Part shown: piece by piece, positions 19,707-27,668 of the stretch
Layout: every line of letters begins with the position of its first letter
How positions within the stretch are numbered: position 1 is the stretch's first letter
DNA from: Candidatus Krumholzibacteriia bacterium
Lineage (GTDB): Bacteria; Krumholzibacteriota; Krumholzibacteriia; WVZY01
Direction: 5' to 3'
Length of the DNA stretch: 41,985 bases
Assembly: GCA_046754105.1 (NCBI GenBank)
Contig: JBHHVD010000015.1
Location: 1 to 41,985, forward strand
Position numbers and translations under genes: made by a program
The notes under the pieces: generated by a model
Told to the model about the DNA's origin: nothing
Database searches by the model: none
The model's input: the letters and a program-made list of their open reading frames with translations, nothing else

Positions 19707-20960
19707 GTGACCGCAGATCCCCGGCAGACGGAAGCACGGGCGCGGGACGCGCCCCGCGTGTGCATTGTGGACCGCGGCACGCCGGAAACCGGGCGCACGC
19801 CGATGCGAGAGGCCCGCGCGCTGTCGGGGTGCGGGATCGATACGCACCTGATCTGCCGGCGCGGTGCCGGCACACTCGCCCGGCCCGCAGGCGCCAGACC
19901 CCACTACTGCGGTCGCGGCTCACTCGACCGGCGCGGCGCCGGAGCCAATGCCCTGTTCTCGCTGCGTGCAGCGGTGTGGCTCGTTGCCCTCCATTTCAAA
20001 TACCGTTTCGCCATGGTCCAGGTCGACCTTGCCTCGGCCTGGCTCGTCATCCCCCTCGCCGCGGCACGCCTGGCCGGTGTGGCTTCGGTCGTGCACATGA
20101 TGGAGCCGCTTGCCGAGAATCGCGCCGGCGTGTATTCGAAGTCACGGCGGGGCCCGGTGTCGGTCACCGTGGAGTGGGTGGGCCGGCTGGCCTGTCGCCT
20201 GGCGGGGCGGGTGGTCGTCGGCACCCGGCAGATGCGCGACGACATGGGGCGCCGGGGCGCGGACATTCACAAGATCGTCGTCGTCGTCGACGTGCCCGAA
20301 GAGCCACTGCTTGCTCCCGTTACCGGCCGGGGAACGCTCGAACGGCTCGCCGAACGCAAGAAGGATGAACGGCGCCGGGGTGTCTTTCGCGTCATCACGC
20401 GCGGGGCCGGCCCGCACACGATGAGGGGTCTCGTGCGGGCACTCGGAATCGTGTCGCGGAGAGTACCCGGTGTCGAACTGCACGTGATGGTCGGAGCCGC
20501 CGACGACCGGCTGCCGGCGCTCGCCGCCGAGCACGAGGTAGGCGCTCGCGTGCACACGGTGGCGGAAGCGGGCGGGGCTCTGCAGGAGATTTTGTCGGCG
20601 GATGTCGCGCTGGTCCCGGAGAGGGCGGACCGGTACGCGAACCAGGTGATCGGCCCGGACATCTTCGAGTTCGCCGCGCTTGAAAAGCCGATCGTCGCCG
20701 CGCGCACCACCGCGATCGAATCATACTTTTCCGATGAGGCGCTGGTCCTTTACGACCCCGACGATCCCGAGGATCTTGCCGATCGGATCCACCATGTTTT
20801 TGCCAACCCCGAAGAAAGCCGCCGCCGCGTGGAGAAGATGAGCGAACTGCTCGAGACGTATCGCTGGACGCGTGAAAGGAAAAAATACCTCGGTGTGTTC
20901 TCACCGCTCCTCCCGGCCGCGGGCGCGGGAATGGACGCCGGGCCCGGCGGGCCGGCGTGA
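19707..20960 (+). CDS. Divergent glycosyltransferase family 4-like protein
   Basis: GTG start after AGGAG; C-terminal ADVALVP...IFEFAALEKPIVA...DPEDLADRI...YRW typical of GT-B/GT4. Confidence 0.72.
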   Translation: MTADPRQTEARARDAPRVCIVDRGTPETGRTPMREARALSGCGIDTHLICRRGAGTLARPAGARPHYCGRGSLDRRGAGANALFSLRAAVWLVALHFKYRFAMVQVDLASAWLVIPLAAARLAGVASVVHMMEPLAENRAGVYSKSRRGPVSVTVEWVGRLACRLAGRVVVGTRQMRDDMGRRGADIHKIVVVVDVPEEPLLAPVTGRGTLERLAERKKDERRRGVFRVITRGAGPHTMRGLVRALGIVSRRVPGVELHVMVGAADDRLPALAAEHEVGARVHTVAEAGGALQEILSADVALVPERADRYANQVIGPDIFEFAALEKPIVAARTTAIESYFSDEALVLYDPDDPEDLADRIHHVFANPEESRRRVEKMSELLETYRWTRERKKYLGVFSPLLPAAGAGMDAGPGGPA

Positions 20961-20973
20961 CGATCGAGCGGGG

Positions 20974-23040
20974 TTAGGGAGACGGTTGCTCGCGCCACGA
21001 GACGAGCCCCTGGTACGGGGCGACCCCGAAACTGACCTCGAAGCCGAAGGGAATGCCCGCCGCGGCGATGTCCGGGTCGAACTCGACCCGTACCGCCTCG
21101 CACGTGTGAATCTGCTGGGCGAGCAGGATGCCCCGGTGGTAGACGAGCAGCGGATAGCGGTAACCGTGGCGGTCGAAAAACCCGCGGTAGTCCACCCCGA
21201 TCATCACCTTGTCGAGGACGCCGTCGCTGTTGATGTCCACGTTGTAGCGCCGGTTCGAGACCGGCACCACCGGGACGGTGGTGACGGCGGACAACTCGAC
21301 GCGGTCGAAAATGTCGCCGTCGCCGTCGAGGTCGATGTTGAGGACGGATTCGTCGAGTGCTTCGTCCCCGCCGCGGTTCAGCTCCTCGTCGAATACCAGT
21401 GTCTCCCCGCTCCAGCCTCCCCGGCCGTGGATGCGAAGCGTTTCCCCCGAGAACACCACACCGTGGAGCACGGTCAGGGCCTCGTCGCCGATGTCACCGG
21501 GATGGTACGCGAAACCGGCTCCGCGGGGCGCGATGTCCACCGCTTCCGGCGCCAGGATGGCCGGGAAATCGTGCATCGTCTGACCCGCACGCGGCGCCCG
21601 CACCGGAATGATCTGTGTGTCCACGCCCGCGTACACGACGCGCTTGCTCCACTCGTAGGCGCCCGCTTCCTCGTCGGAGCGATAGGTCTGGGTGAAATGC
21701 ATGCGTCGCGGTCCCTCGAGCACGAATCGTCCCTTCGTGGGGAAATGATCGATCGCGGCCGGCTCGCCGGGGACGTTCACGGTCGTTCTGGGCCAGCGAT
21801 AGGGGTTGCCCGACGCGACGACGATGGTGCCGTGCACGACGAGGTTGTCTCCGAATTCCCCCAGGTCGAGGGATTCGTCATCGACGTAGAACACGCCGGC
21901 CACTTCCACGGCGCGGTCGGCACCGGTCCCGTTGCACGTGGGGCAGGCGGTGGTGCCCGCGGGGTCGATCCAGCCGTCGCCGGCACACCGCCAGCAGAGC
22001 ACGGCGGAGTCGTTGTGAAACCTGAGCCACTCGATGAACGCGCCCGCAGAGGCAAAATAGTGACCGTCCCCGTCGCCGAGGATCGATGAGGCGACGTGGT
22101 CGAGCGCCGGCGGGTAGGTGGAGGCCCCCGTCACCAACTCGTAGTAGGCCGTGAAATCCGGGCGCGGGTCGACGATAGGGCCGGCCCGCGGGGCACCGAC
22201 CGCAACCGGCACCATGCCGCCGCCGATGCGGGCATCGCTCTGGCCGTCGGCGAGCGGCCGTCCCGAGACCGAGATCCCCTCGGTGACCTGGACCCGCAAC
22301 GGATCCCCGGACAGCCCAATGTCCGTCGTGTCACCGTCGCCGTTGAGGTCCATGCCCTCGTTCTCCTCGCTGAGATTCTGGTAGCGGTCGATGCGGCCAG
22401 CGCCGGAGAGTCGCAGCCGTGCGCCCCAGACGTTGCCGTAGACCACCGCCGCCCGCCCGCCGCGCCCGCGGCCGATATGGATATCTCCGGCTCCGGTCAC
22501 GTTGCCGTAGACGCGGGCGCCCGCATGGACGTCGATATTCCCGCCGTTCCAGGCGTTGTTGTGGAGATTTCCCATGACGACGAGATTCGATCCGTCCTCG
22601 TGGCCGATCTCGATGCGATCGCCTGCCGCGTAGTTGTAGTAGAACGCGGACATGGCGTTGACCCATACCGCCTCGACGGCCTTGCGCACGCCGTCGATTT
22701 CGCTCGAGGCGACGATGCGCACGTAGTTTGGAGGCACGGAACGATCGTCGCTGCCGGCAGCCGAGTCGGCGCCGTACACATCGACGCTGTAGGTACCGCT
22801 CGCGAACGGGATGTCACTGAAGCCATCTCGCCAGCGCGGGTTAGCGACCAGCGCCTTTACGGAGCGATCCAGCGCGGTCTGTGCGATGTAAAACGCCTGG
22901 TCATCGGCCTGGCTGGCGATCCGCGGCGCGGGCTGTCCGGGTCCGCCGCGGCGGACCACGGACAGGGCGCCCATGATGACGGCCAGGGTTACAAGTGTCA
23001 GTACGACGGCGGTCGCCGCCCGGTTGTTGTCTCGTGTCAT
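20974..23040 (-). CDS. Hypothetical membrane-anchored/exported protein with PilX-like N-terminus, DnaJ-type CxxCxGxG zinc finger and Dx[DN]xDG Ca-binding motifs
   Basis: 688 aa from ATG 23040; TM helix then QAFYIAQTAL (PilX-N-like); CWRCAGDG...CPTCNGTG; DLNGDGD, DLDGDGD and DINSDG motifs. Confidence 0.65.
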   Translation of the reverse strand: MTRDNNRAATAVVLTLVTLAVIMGALSVVRRGGPGQPAPRIASQADDQAFYIAQTALDRSVKALVANPRWRDGFSDIPFASGTYSVDVYGADSAAGSDDRSVPPNYVRIVASSEIDGVRKAVEAVWVNAMSAFYYNYAAGDRIEIGHEDGSNLVVMGNLHNNAWNGGNIDVHAGARVYGNVTGAGDIHIGRGRGGRAAVVYGNVWGARLRLSGAGRIDRYQNLSEENEGMDLNGDGDTTDIGLSGDPLRVQVTEGISVSGRPLADGQSDARIGGGMVPVAVGAPRAGPIVDPRPDFTAYYELVTGASTYPPALDHVASSILGDGDGHYFASAGAFIEWLRFHNDSAVLCWRCAGDGWIDPAGTTACPTCNGTGADRAVEVAGVFYVDDESLDLGEFGDNLVVHGTIVVASGNPYRWPRTTVNVPGEPAAIDHFPTKGRFVLEGPRRMHFTQTYRSDEEAGAYEWSKRVVYAGVDTQIIPVRAPRAGQTMHDFPAILAPEAVDIAPRGAGFAYHPGDIGDEALTVLHGVVFSGETLRIHGRGGWSGETLVFDEELNRGGDEALDESVLNIDLDGDGDIFDRVELSAVTTVPVVPVSNRRYNVDINSDGVLDKVMIGVDYRGFFDRHGYRYPLLVYHRGILLAQQIHTCEAVRVEFDPDIAAAGIPFGFEVSFGVAPYQGLVSWREQPSP

Positions 23041-23180
23041 GGTCGCATAAGTGAGGCAGCCGATCGGAAACGGCTGCCGCCCGTTAGGGTGCCCGCGTCG
23101 GGACCGTGACGATGTGCGGCCGCGGCGGGCGGGTTGTTCCCGCATATTCTGAAACCACGGGGTTCCGCGCCGGAATCGAA

Positions 23181-23196
23181 AGCAATAATCGTTCCC
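23181..23196 (-). promoter_or_regulatory. Candidate sigma54 (-24/-12) promoter for the PilX-like gene
   Basis: Minus strand gGGAACGATTATTGCT: GG-N10-GC with TTGC. Confidence 0.5.
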
Positions 23197-23298
23197 CCCG
23201 GCGGGGTTCCCCGGGGGATTCCCGCCGCGGTGCGGGAGGGGTCCGCTCTCCCGCGGTCCGAAATGGCGAAACCGCATAGGAATGCGGTGAGGCAGCCG

Positions 23299-23327
23299 TT
23301 GACAGGGTCGGGAGCGGTCATTAGTAT
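23299..23327 (+). promoter_or_regulatory. Sigma70 promoter for top6BA
   Basis: TTGACA (23299-23304), 17-nt spacer, TAGTAT (23322-23327). Confidence 0.7.
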
Positions 23328-23394
23328 GCGTACGGGTTTTGGCCGCACGGCGGCACGGCACGTAATCCAGCACGAACGAGGCGAAGGGAGCCGG

Positions 23395-25149
23395 ATGCCA
23401 GGGGCTACGAAAAAGAAGGCGAAGAAAAAGCGCGGCTCGGGCAAACGGGCGCCGGCAAAAAAACCGCTCCGCCGCGGGGCGCCCGACGATGTCACCGACG
23501 CGCTGCCTCTTTTCGAGGGTAGCGAGAAAGACGCGGAGCCGGCGCCAGCCGCCGCCGCGAAGACACCGCCGAAGAAACAAAAGCGGGACGGAAAGACGTA
23601 TCAGACCGCGCAGACGATCGCCGTCCGCCAGCGTGAGATATCGATCAGCGAGTTCTTCGCCAAGAACCGCCACTTGCTGGGGTTCGACAGCCTGCCGAAG
23701 GCGCTGCTGACGGCGGTCAAGGAGGCCGTCGACAACGCGCTCGACGCCTGTGAGGAAGCCGGGATTCTGCCCGACGTGCTCGTGGAAATCCGGGAAGTTG
23801 CCGAGAATCGATATCGCCTGGTCGTCGAGGACTCGGGGCCAGGCATCGTCAAGTCACAGGTGCCGAAGATATTCGGCAAGCTGCTCTATGGTTCCAAGTT
23901 CCACATTCTCAAGCAGGCTCGCGGGCAACAGGGGATCGGGATCTCGGCGGCAGGAATGTACGCACAACTGACCACGGGTACGCCGGTACGCGTCGTCACG
24001 CGGACCGGTCCAAGGCAAAAGGGACACGTCTACGAGCTGCGGATCGATACCAAGACCAACAGCCCGGTAATTGTCAGGGAGAGCACGACCGATTGGGATC
24101 GGCCGCACGGCATCCGCGTGGAAATGGAATTCCTTGCCGCCTACAAGAAAGGCCAGCGCTCGGTGGATGCCTACCTCCACCAGGTGGCCATGGCGAACCC
24201 CCACGCGAGATTCGTCTACCGCCCGCCGCGGGGCGACGAGATTGTATACGAGCGTCTCGCCCCGCAACTGCCCGCGGAAGCGAGGGCCATCAAGCCGCAC
24301 CCCCATGGTGTGGAGCTGGGTGTGCTGCTCGATATGCTCAGATTCACCAAGGCGCGCAACGTGCGCAGTTTTCTCGAGACGGAGTTTTCACGAATGAGTG
24401 CCAAGGTGTCGGTGGAAGTGCTGGACGCGGCCGGAGTGAAGAAATCGACCCGGCCCCGGCGTGTGACACGGGAGCAGGCGGAAGCCCTGGTAAAGGCGTT
24501 CGCCCAAGCCAAAATAATGAAACCGCCGACGAACTGCCTGTCCCCAATCGGTGACGACCTGCTCGCGAGGAGTATGGACCGTGAAACTCATCCGGATTTT
24601 ATCGCCGCCGTCACGCGCCCGCCGGCCGTTTATCGCGGCAACCCGTTTCAGATCGAGGTTGCCTTTGCCTACGGCGGCGACGCGTTCACCGACGAGGATA
24701 CGGTGAGACTCTACAGATTCGCGAACCGAGCCCCGCTGATCTACCAGCAAGCGGCGTGCGCCATCACGCAGTCCGTGATAGCGACGGGCTGGAAGAGCTA
24801 CGGGGTGGCGCAGTCACGAGGCGCACTGCCCTCGGGGCCGCTGCTGATCATGGTGCACATCGCCTCGGCGTGGGTTCCGTTTACGTCGGAGAGCAAGGAG
24901 GCGATCGCGCACTACGCGGAAATCATCAAGGAAATCAAGCTCGGCTTGCAAGAATGCGGCCGTCAGTTGGCCCGCTTCATCCGCAAGGGAGCGCGGGCAC
25001 GCGAGGAAGAAAAGAAGCGTTCGTATATCGAGAAGTATATTCCGCATATCGGTATCGCCCTCAAGGAGATTCTCGAATTCTCCGACAGAGAAGAGACCAA
25101 GGTGACCAACCGTCTGAAGACGACACTCGAGCGCAGTCGAAAACCCTAA
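23395..25149 (+). CDS. top6B: DNA topoisomerase VI subunit B
   Basis: ISEFFAKNRHLLGFD, KEAVDNALDACEE, VEDSGPGI, LLYGSKF, RGQQGIGIS (GHKL), NPHA, H2TH region, RFANRAPL and VPFTSESKEAI. Start 23395 follows AAGGGAG and lies downstream of the promoter. Confidence 0.95.
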   Translation: MPGATKKKAKKKRGSGKRAPAKKPLRRGAPDDVTDALPLFEGSEKDAEPAPAAAAKTPPKKQKRDGKTYQTAQTIAVRQREISISEFFAKNRHLLGFDSLPKALLTAVKEAVDNALDACEEAGILPDVLVEIREVAENRYRLVVEDSGPGIVKSQVPKIFGKLLYGSKFHILKQARGQQGIGISAAGMYAQLTTGTPVRVVTRTGPRQKGHVYELRIDTKTNSPVIVRESTTDWDRPHGIRVEMEFLAAYKKGQRSVDAYLHQVAMANPHARFVYRPPRGDEIVYERLAPQLPAEARAIKPHPHGVELGVLLDMLRFTKARNVRSFLETEFSRMSAKVSVEVLDAAGVKKSTRPRRVTREQAEALVKAFAQAKIMKPPTNCLSPIGDDLLARSMDRETHPDFIAAVTRPPAVYRGNPFQIEVAFAYGGDAFTDEDTVRLYRFANRAPLIYQQAACAITQSVIATGWKSYGVAQSRGALPSGPLLIMVHIASAWVPFTSESKEAIAHYAEIIKEIKLGLQECGRQLARFIRKGARAREEEKKRSYIEKYIPHIGIALKEILEFSDREETKVTNRLKTTLERSRKP

Positions 25150-25170
25150 GCCAACCCGGGGGAGAACGCA

Positions 25171-26262
25171 GTGGCAAAGAGCAACTCCGTAACGAAACGG
25201 ATCCGGACCGAGGCAACGCGCATCAAGGGAGCCATTCTCGATGGGAAAAAGCCGGCTATGAAGTTTCCGCTACGGGCACTGTCGAACGTCCGCTACCACC
25301 CGAAGCACGGCTTCTTCGAGATGCGCGGGAGGAAAAAGGAGCGTACGCTCACCGTAAACACGGTGAAGACGTTCGCGCAGACGCTGCGCATGATGGCTCT
25401 TTCCAAGGAACTTGTCGAAACCGATGATATCGCAACCAAGCGCGAGGCGTATTACGTATCGAAGAACTGGGACGCGGCACGGTTCAATGAACAGCCGGAA
25501 TCGGACGCGGTCATCGACGATGTCGAGGCGTTTTTCAGCCTGAACCGGGAGCAGCTCGGCTTCATACCCGAGGAGAAAGGCGGAGACATCGCGGGTAAGC
25601 TGGTCGTGAAAGACGTCGACCACGACACGGGCAAGAGTATTAGAATAGACTGCACGAAGTTCGGAAGCGGTGCCTATTCGATTCCCATCGCGGTCGAGCA
25701 TCTCGAGTTCGAGACGAAAGCGGATTTCATCCTGGTGATCGAGACCGCGGGAATGTTTCAGCGGCTCGTCAAACACAACTACTGGAAGAGGGCCAACTGT
25801 ATTCTGGTCTCTATGAGCGGTGTTCCAACGCGCGCGTGCAGGCGGTTCATCCGCCGGCTCGCCGACACGCGTAAGTTGCCCGTATACGTGTTCGTCGACG
25901 GCGATCCGTACGGGTTCAGCAACATCTACCGGACGCTGAAGGTCGGCAGCGGCAACGCGGCGCACCTCAACGAGTTCTTTTGCGTGCCGCAGGCGCGGTT
26001 TCTCGGCATCACGCCCCAGGACATCGTGACCTACAAGCTACCCACGCATCCGCTCAAAGAAGTCGACATCAAACGCGCCAAGGACGCGCTGGCAAACGAC
26101 CCGTTCGTCCTGCACCACAAACCCTGGCAGCGGGCGCTGGAACAACTGATCAAGATGGGGGTAAGAGCGGAACAACAGGCGCTGGCCAAGCACGGCCTCA
26201 ACTACGTGATCGACACGTACCTGCCGGAGAAACTAGGGCGCCCCGAACACTTTCTGCCCTAG
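25171..26262 (+). CDS. top6A: DNA topoisomerase VI subunit A (Spo11-like)
   Basis: GTG start after GGAG; TKREAYY (catalytic Tyr), EQPESD, IETAGMFQRL (Toprim Glu), GVPTRACR, DGDPYG (DxD) and AEQQAL. Confidence 0.95.
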   Translation: MAKSNSVTKRIRTEATRIKGAILDGKKPAMKFPLRALSNVRYHPKHGFFEMRGRKKERTLTVNTVKTFAQTLRMMALSKELVETDDIATKREAYYVSKNWDAARFNEQPESDAVIDDVEAFFSLNREQLGFIPEEKGGDIAGKLVVKDVDHDTGKSIRIDCTKFGSGAYSIPIAVEHLEFETKADFILVIETAGMFQRLVKHNYWKRANCILVSMSGVPTRACRRFIRRLADTRKLPVYVFVDGDPYGFSNIYRTLKVGSGNAAHLNEFFCVPQARFLGITPQDIVTYKLPTHPLKEVDIKRAKDALANDPFVLHHKPWQRALEQLIKMGVRAEQQALAKHGLNYVIDTYLPEKLGRPEHFLP

Positions 26263-26810
26263 GGTGTCTTCTCCCAGTACGCTTCGAGCTCGACACCGAG
26301 CCCGCAGGCGAGCCGGTTTACGAAGTTGTAGTACGCCGTTACCTGGGCGATGTCGAGGATGGAGGCGTCTTCGAAGCCCGCCTCCCGCAGGCGCTCGACG
26401 TCCGCCCGCTCCATGTGGCACGGATCGGAAGTCAGCTTTACGGCGTATTCGAGCATCGCCCTGTCATTTGCCGGAATGTCGGCGGCTTTGTAGTCGCCCT
26501 TCATTGCCGCCACCAGGCTCTCGTTCTTGGTTATCTGGAAGAGACCTCTTCCGTGGTGGCGTACTCAGTAGTGGCAGGCGTTGATCCTCGATACTACGAT
26601 CGCGATCATCTCGCGTTGCATCCGACTCAGGTTCGGAGTCCCCGTCATCAGGTGCTTATAAAACTCGTAGTGATGCCGCAGCGACTCCGGATCGAGGCTG
26701 TGAATCTTCAGGATGTTGTCTACGCCGGAGAACGGATCGCCGTATTTCTTATAGTAGGTCTTGAGTTGTCCCCGCGCCTGGTCTTCCTTGATCGTCTTTA
26801 TGTACGCCAT
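26259..26810 (-). CDS. AhpD-like/peroxidase-related selenoprotein (CxxU; Sec at TGA 26565-26567), 183 aa
   Basis: ORFs 26565..26810 and 26259..26513 are in frame. Read-through gives LSRMQREMIAIVVSRINACHY-U-VRHHGRGL...YAVKLT...YNFVNRLACGLGVELE, a complete AhpD/CMD peroxidase-related protein with TGA at the second Cys of CxxC. Confidence 0.88.
26537..26552 (-). promoter_or_regulatory. Putative bacterial SECIS element of the AhpD-like gene
   Basis: mRNA GGAAGA-GGUC-UCUUCC perfect hairpin starting 13 nt after the UGA; apical G at +19. Confidence 0.75.
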
Positions 26811-27174
26811 CTGTGCTACAATCTCCTGTGGTGCCGTGGGTAGAATCGGGCGAAAGGCTCAATCTCCGCAGAGTATTGCACGATCCCCGACCATGTGAAA
26901 AGCACTTCCTGGACGTTCCAGCACCCCGATTTGGCCGCTGCTACCCTCAACGCGTCAAAACCACCGTACGACCGTTTGGGCCGGGCGCGCAGGAACGGGG
27001 GGGTCGACGGCGCGGACTGTCTGAGCCGGAGTGCCCCCGTTCCGGTGCCCGGCCCGCTGAGCCCGCGGTCTCTGTGTTGACGCAATGAGGCTAACTATGG
27101 AGAAACAAATGAATTATAGTTTGACTCGGGCGAGGGATTGCCTGCGGCCGGCCCGGGGATCGATTTGCAAGCTG

Positions 27175-27203
27175 TTGACCCAATTCGAGTTATGCTATAT
27201 AAT
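27175..27203 (+). promoter_or_regulatory. Sigma70 promoter for the SxtJ-like/carbamoyltransferase genes
   Basis: TTGACC, 17-nt spacer, TATAAT. Confidence 0.75.
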
Positions 27204-27274
27204 GGAGACCTCACGAGCGATTGATGCCGCAAGGGTTTTCGGGCGGGCCGCACGCGTTTGTCAACGGGATTAAC

Positions 27275-27514
27275 ATGAAAAGAATACTGAAAAGCATATG
27301 GGCAGGCTGGAAGAAGTTCGCGCACGTACTGGGCGTCTTCAACACCAAAGTCATTCTTACCATTCTCTATTTCCTGGTCATGGGCATCGCGGCGATCCTC
27401 GCGCGGACGTTTCGCGGGGATCTGCTCGACCGCAAGTTCCCCGGTAATGATTCACTGTGGCAGCCCAGGGAAGCGTCGGTGACGGGTCTGGAAGAGGCGA
27501 AAAGACAGTTCTAG
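27275..27514 (+). CDS. Small SxtJ-family-like membrane protein
   Basis: 79 aa: WAGWKKFAHVLGVFNTKVILTILYFLVMG...DLLDRK...SLWQPRE...KRQF, resembling the C-terminal half of SxtJ-family proteins; adjacent to a carbamoyltransferase. Confidence 0.75.
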   Translation: MKRILKSIWAGWKKFAHVLGVFNTKVILTILYFLVMGIAAILARTFRGDLLDRKFPGNDSLWQPREASVTGLEEAKRQF

Positions 27515-27668
27515 CGCGACGTCCGGGGAGCTTTTTACCCGCTTCGGCCGGGTGGCCCCCGGCGGGCCGCGCCAGAGCGCCGCAAGAAATCGTCGGGCGG
27601 GATGCGCGCGTGCGCGCGCGCAACGATTGTAAACGAAGTTCCGGGACACAACACTAGGAAAGGGCTTT

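Noticed and set aside
6893..19904. Long antisense or alternative-frame ORFs (e.g. 6893..8857, 8894..10306, 14276..16429, 17316..19904)
   Set aside because: They are shadows of well-supported genes in GC-rich DNA, Arg/Pro/Ala-rich and without family motifs.
23041..23673. ORF-track N-terminal extensions of the PilX-like gene (to 23673) and top6B (from 23134)
   Set aside because: They overlap each other and span the divergent promoters. Starts at 23040 and 23395 fit the promoters, the top6B RBS and the domain boundaries.
26259..26810. AhpD-like and DUF1573-like genes as nonsense pseudogenes or pairs of small genes
   Set aside because: There are no other lesions, the stops are specifically TGA at catalytic-type Cys positions, and both carry the same hairpin loop. 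Two independent chance events of this kind are unlikely.
26816..27273. Small ORFs in the AhpD/SxtJ divergent intergenic region
   Set aside because: No convincing RBS or motifs, and they overlap the promoter elements.
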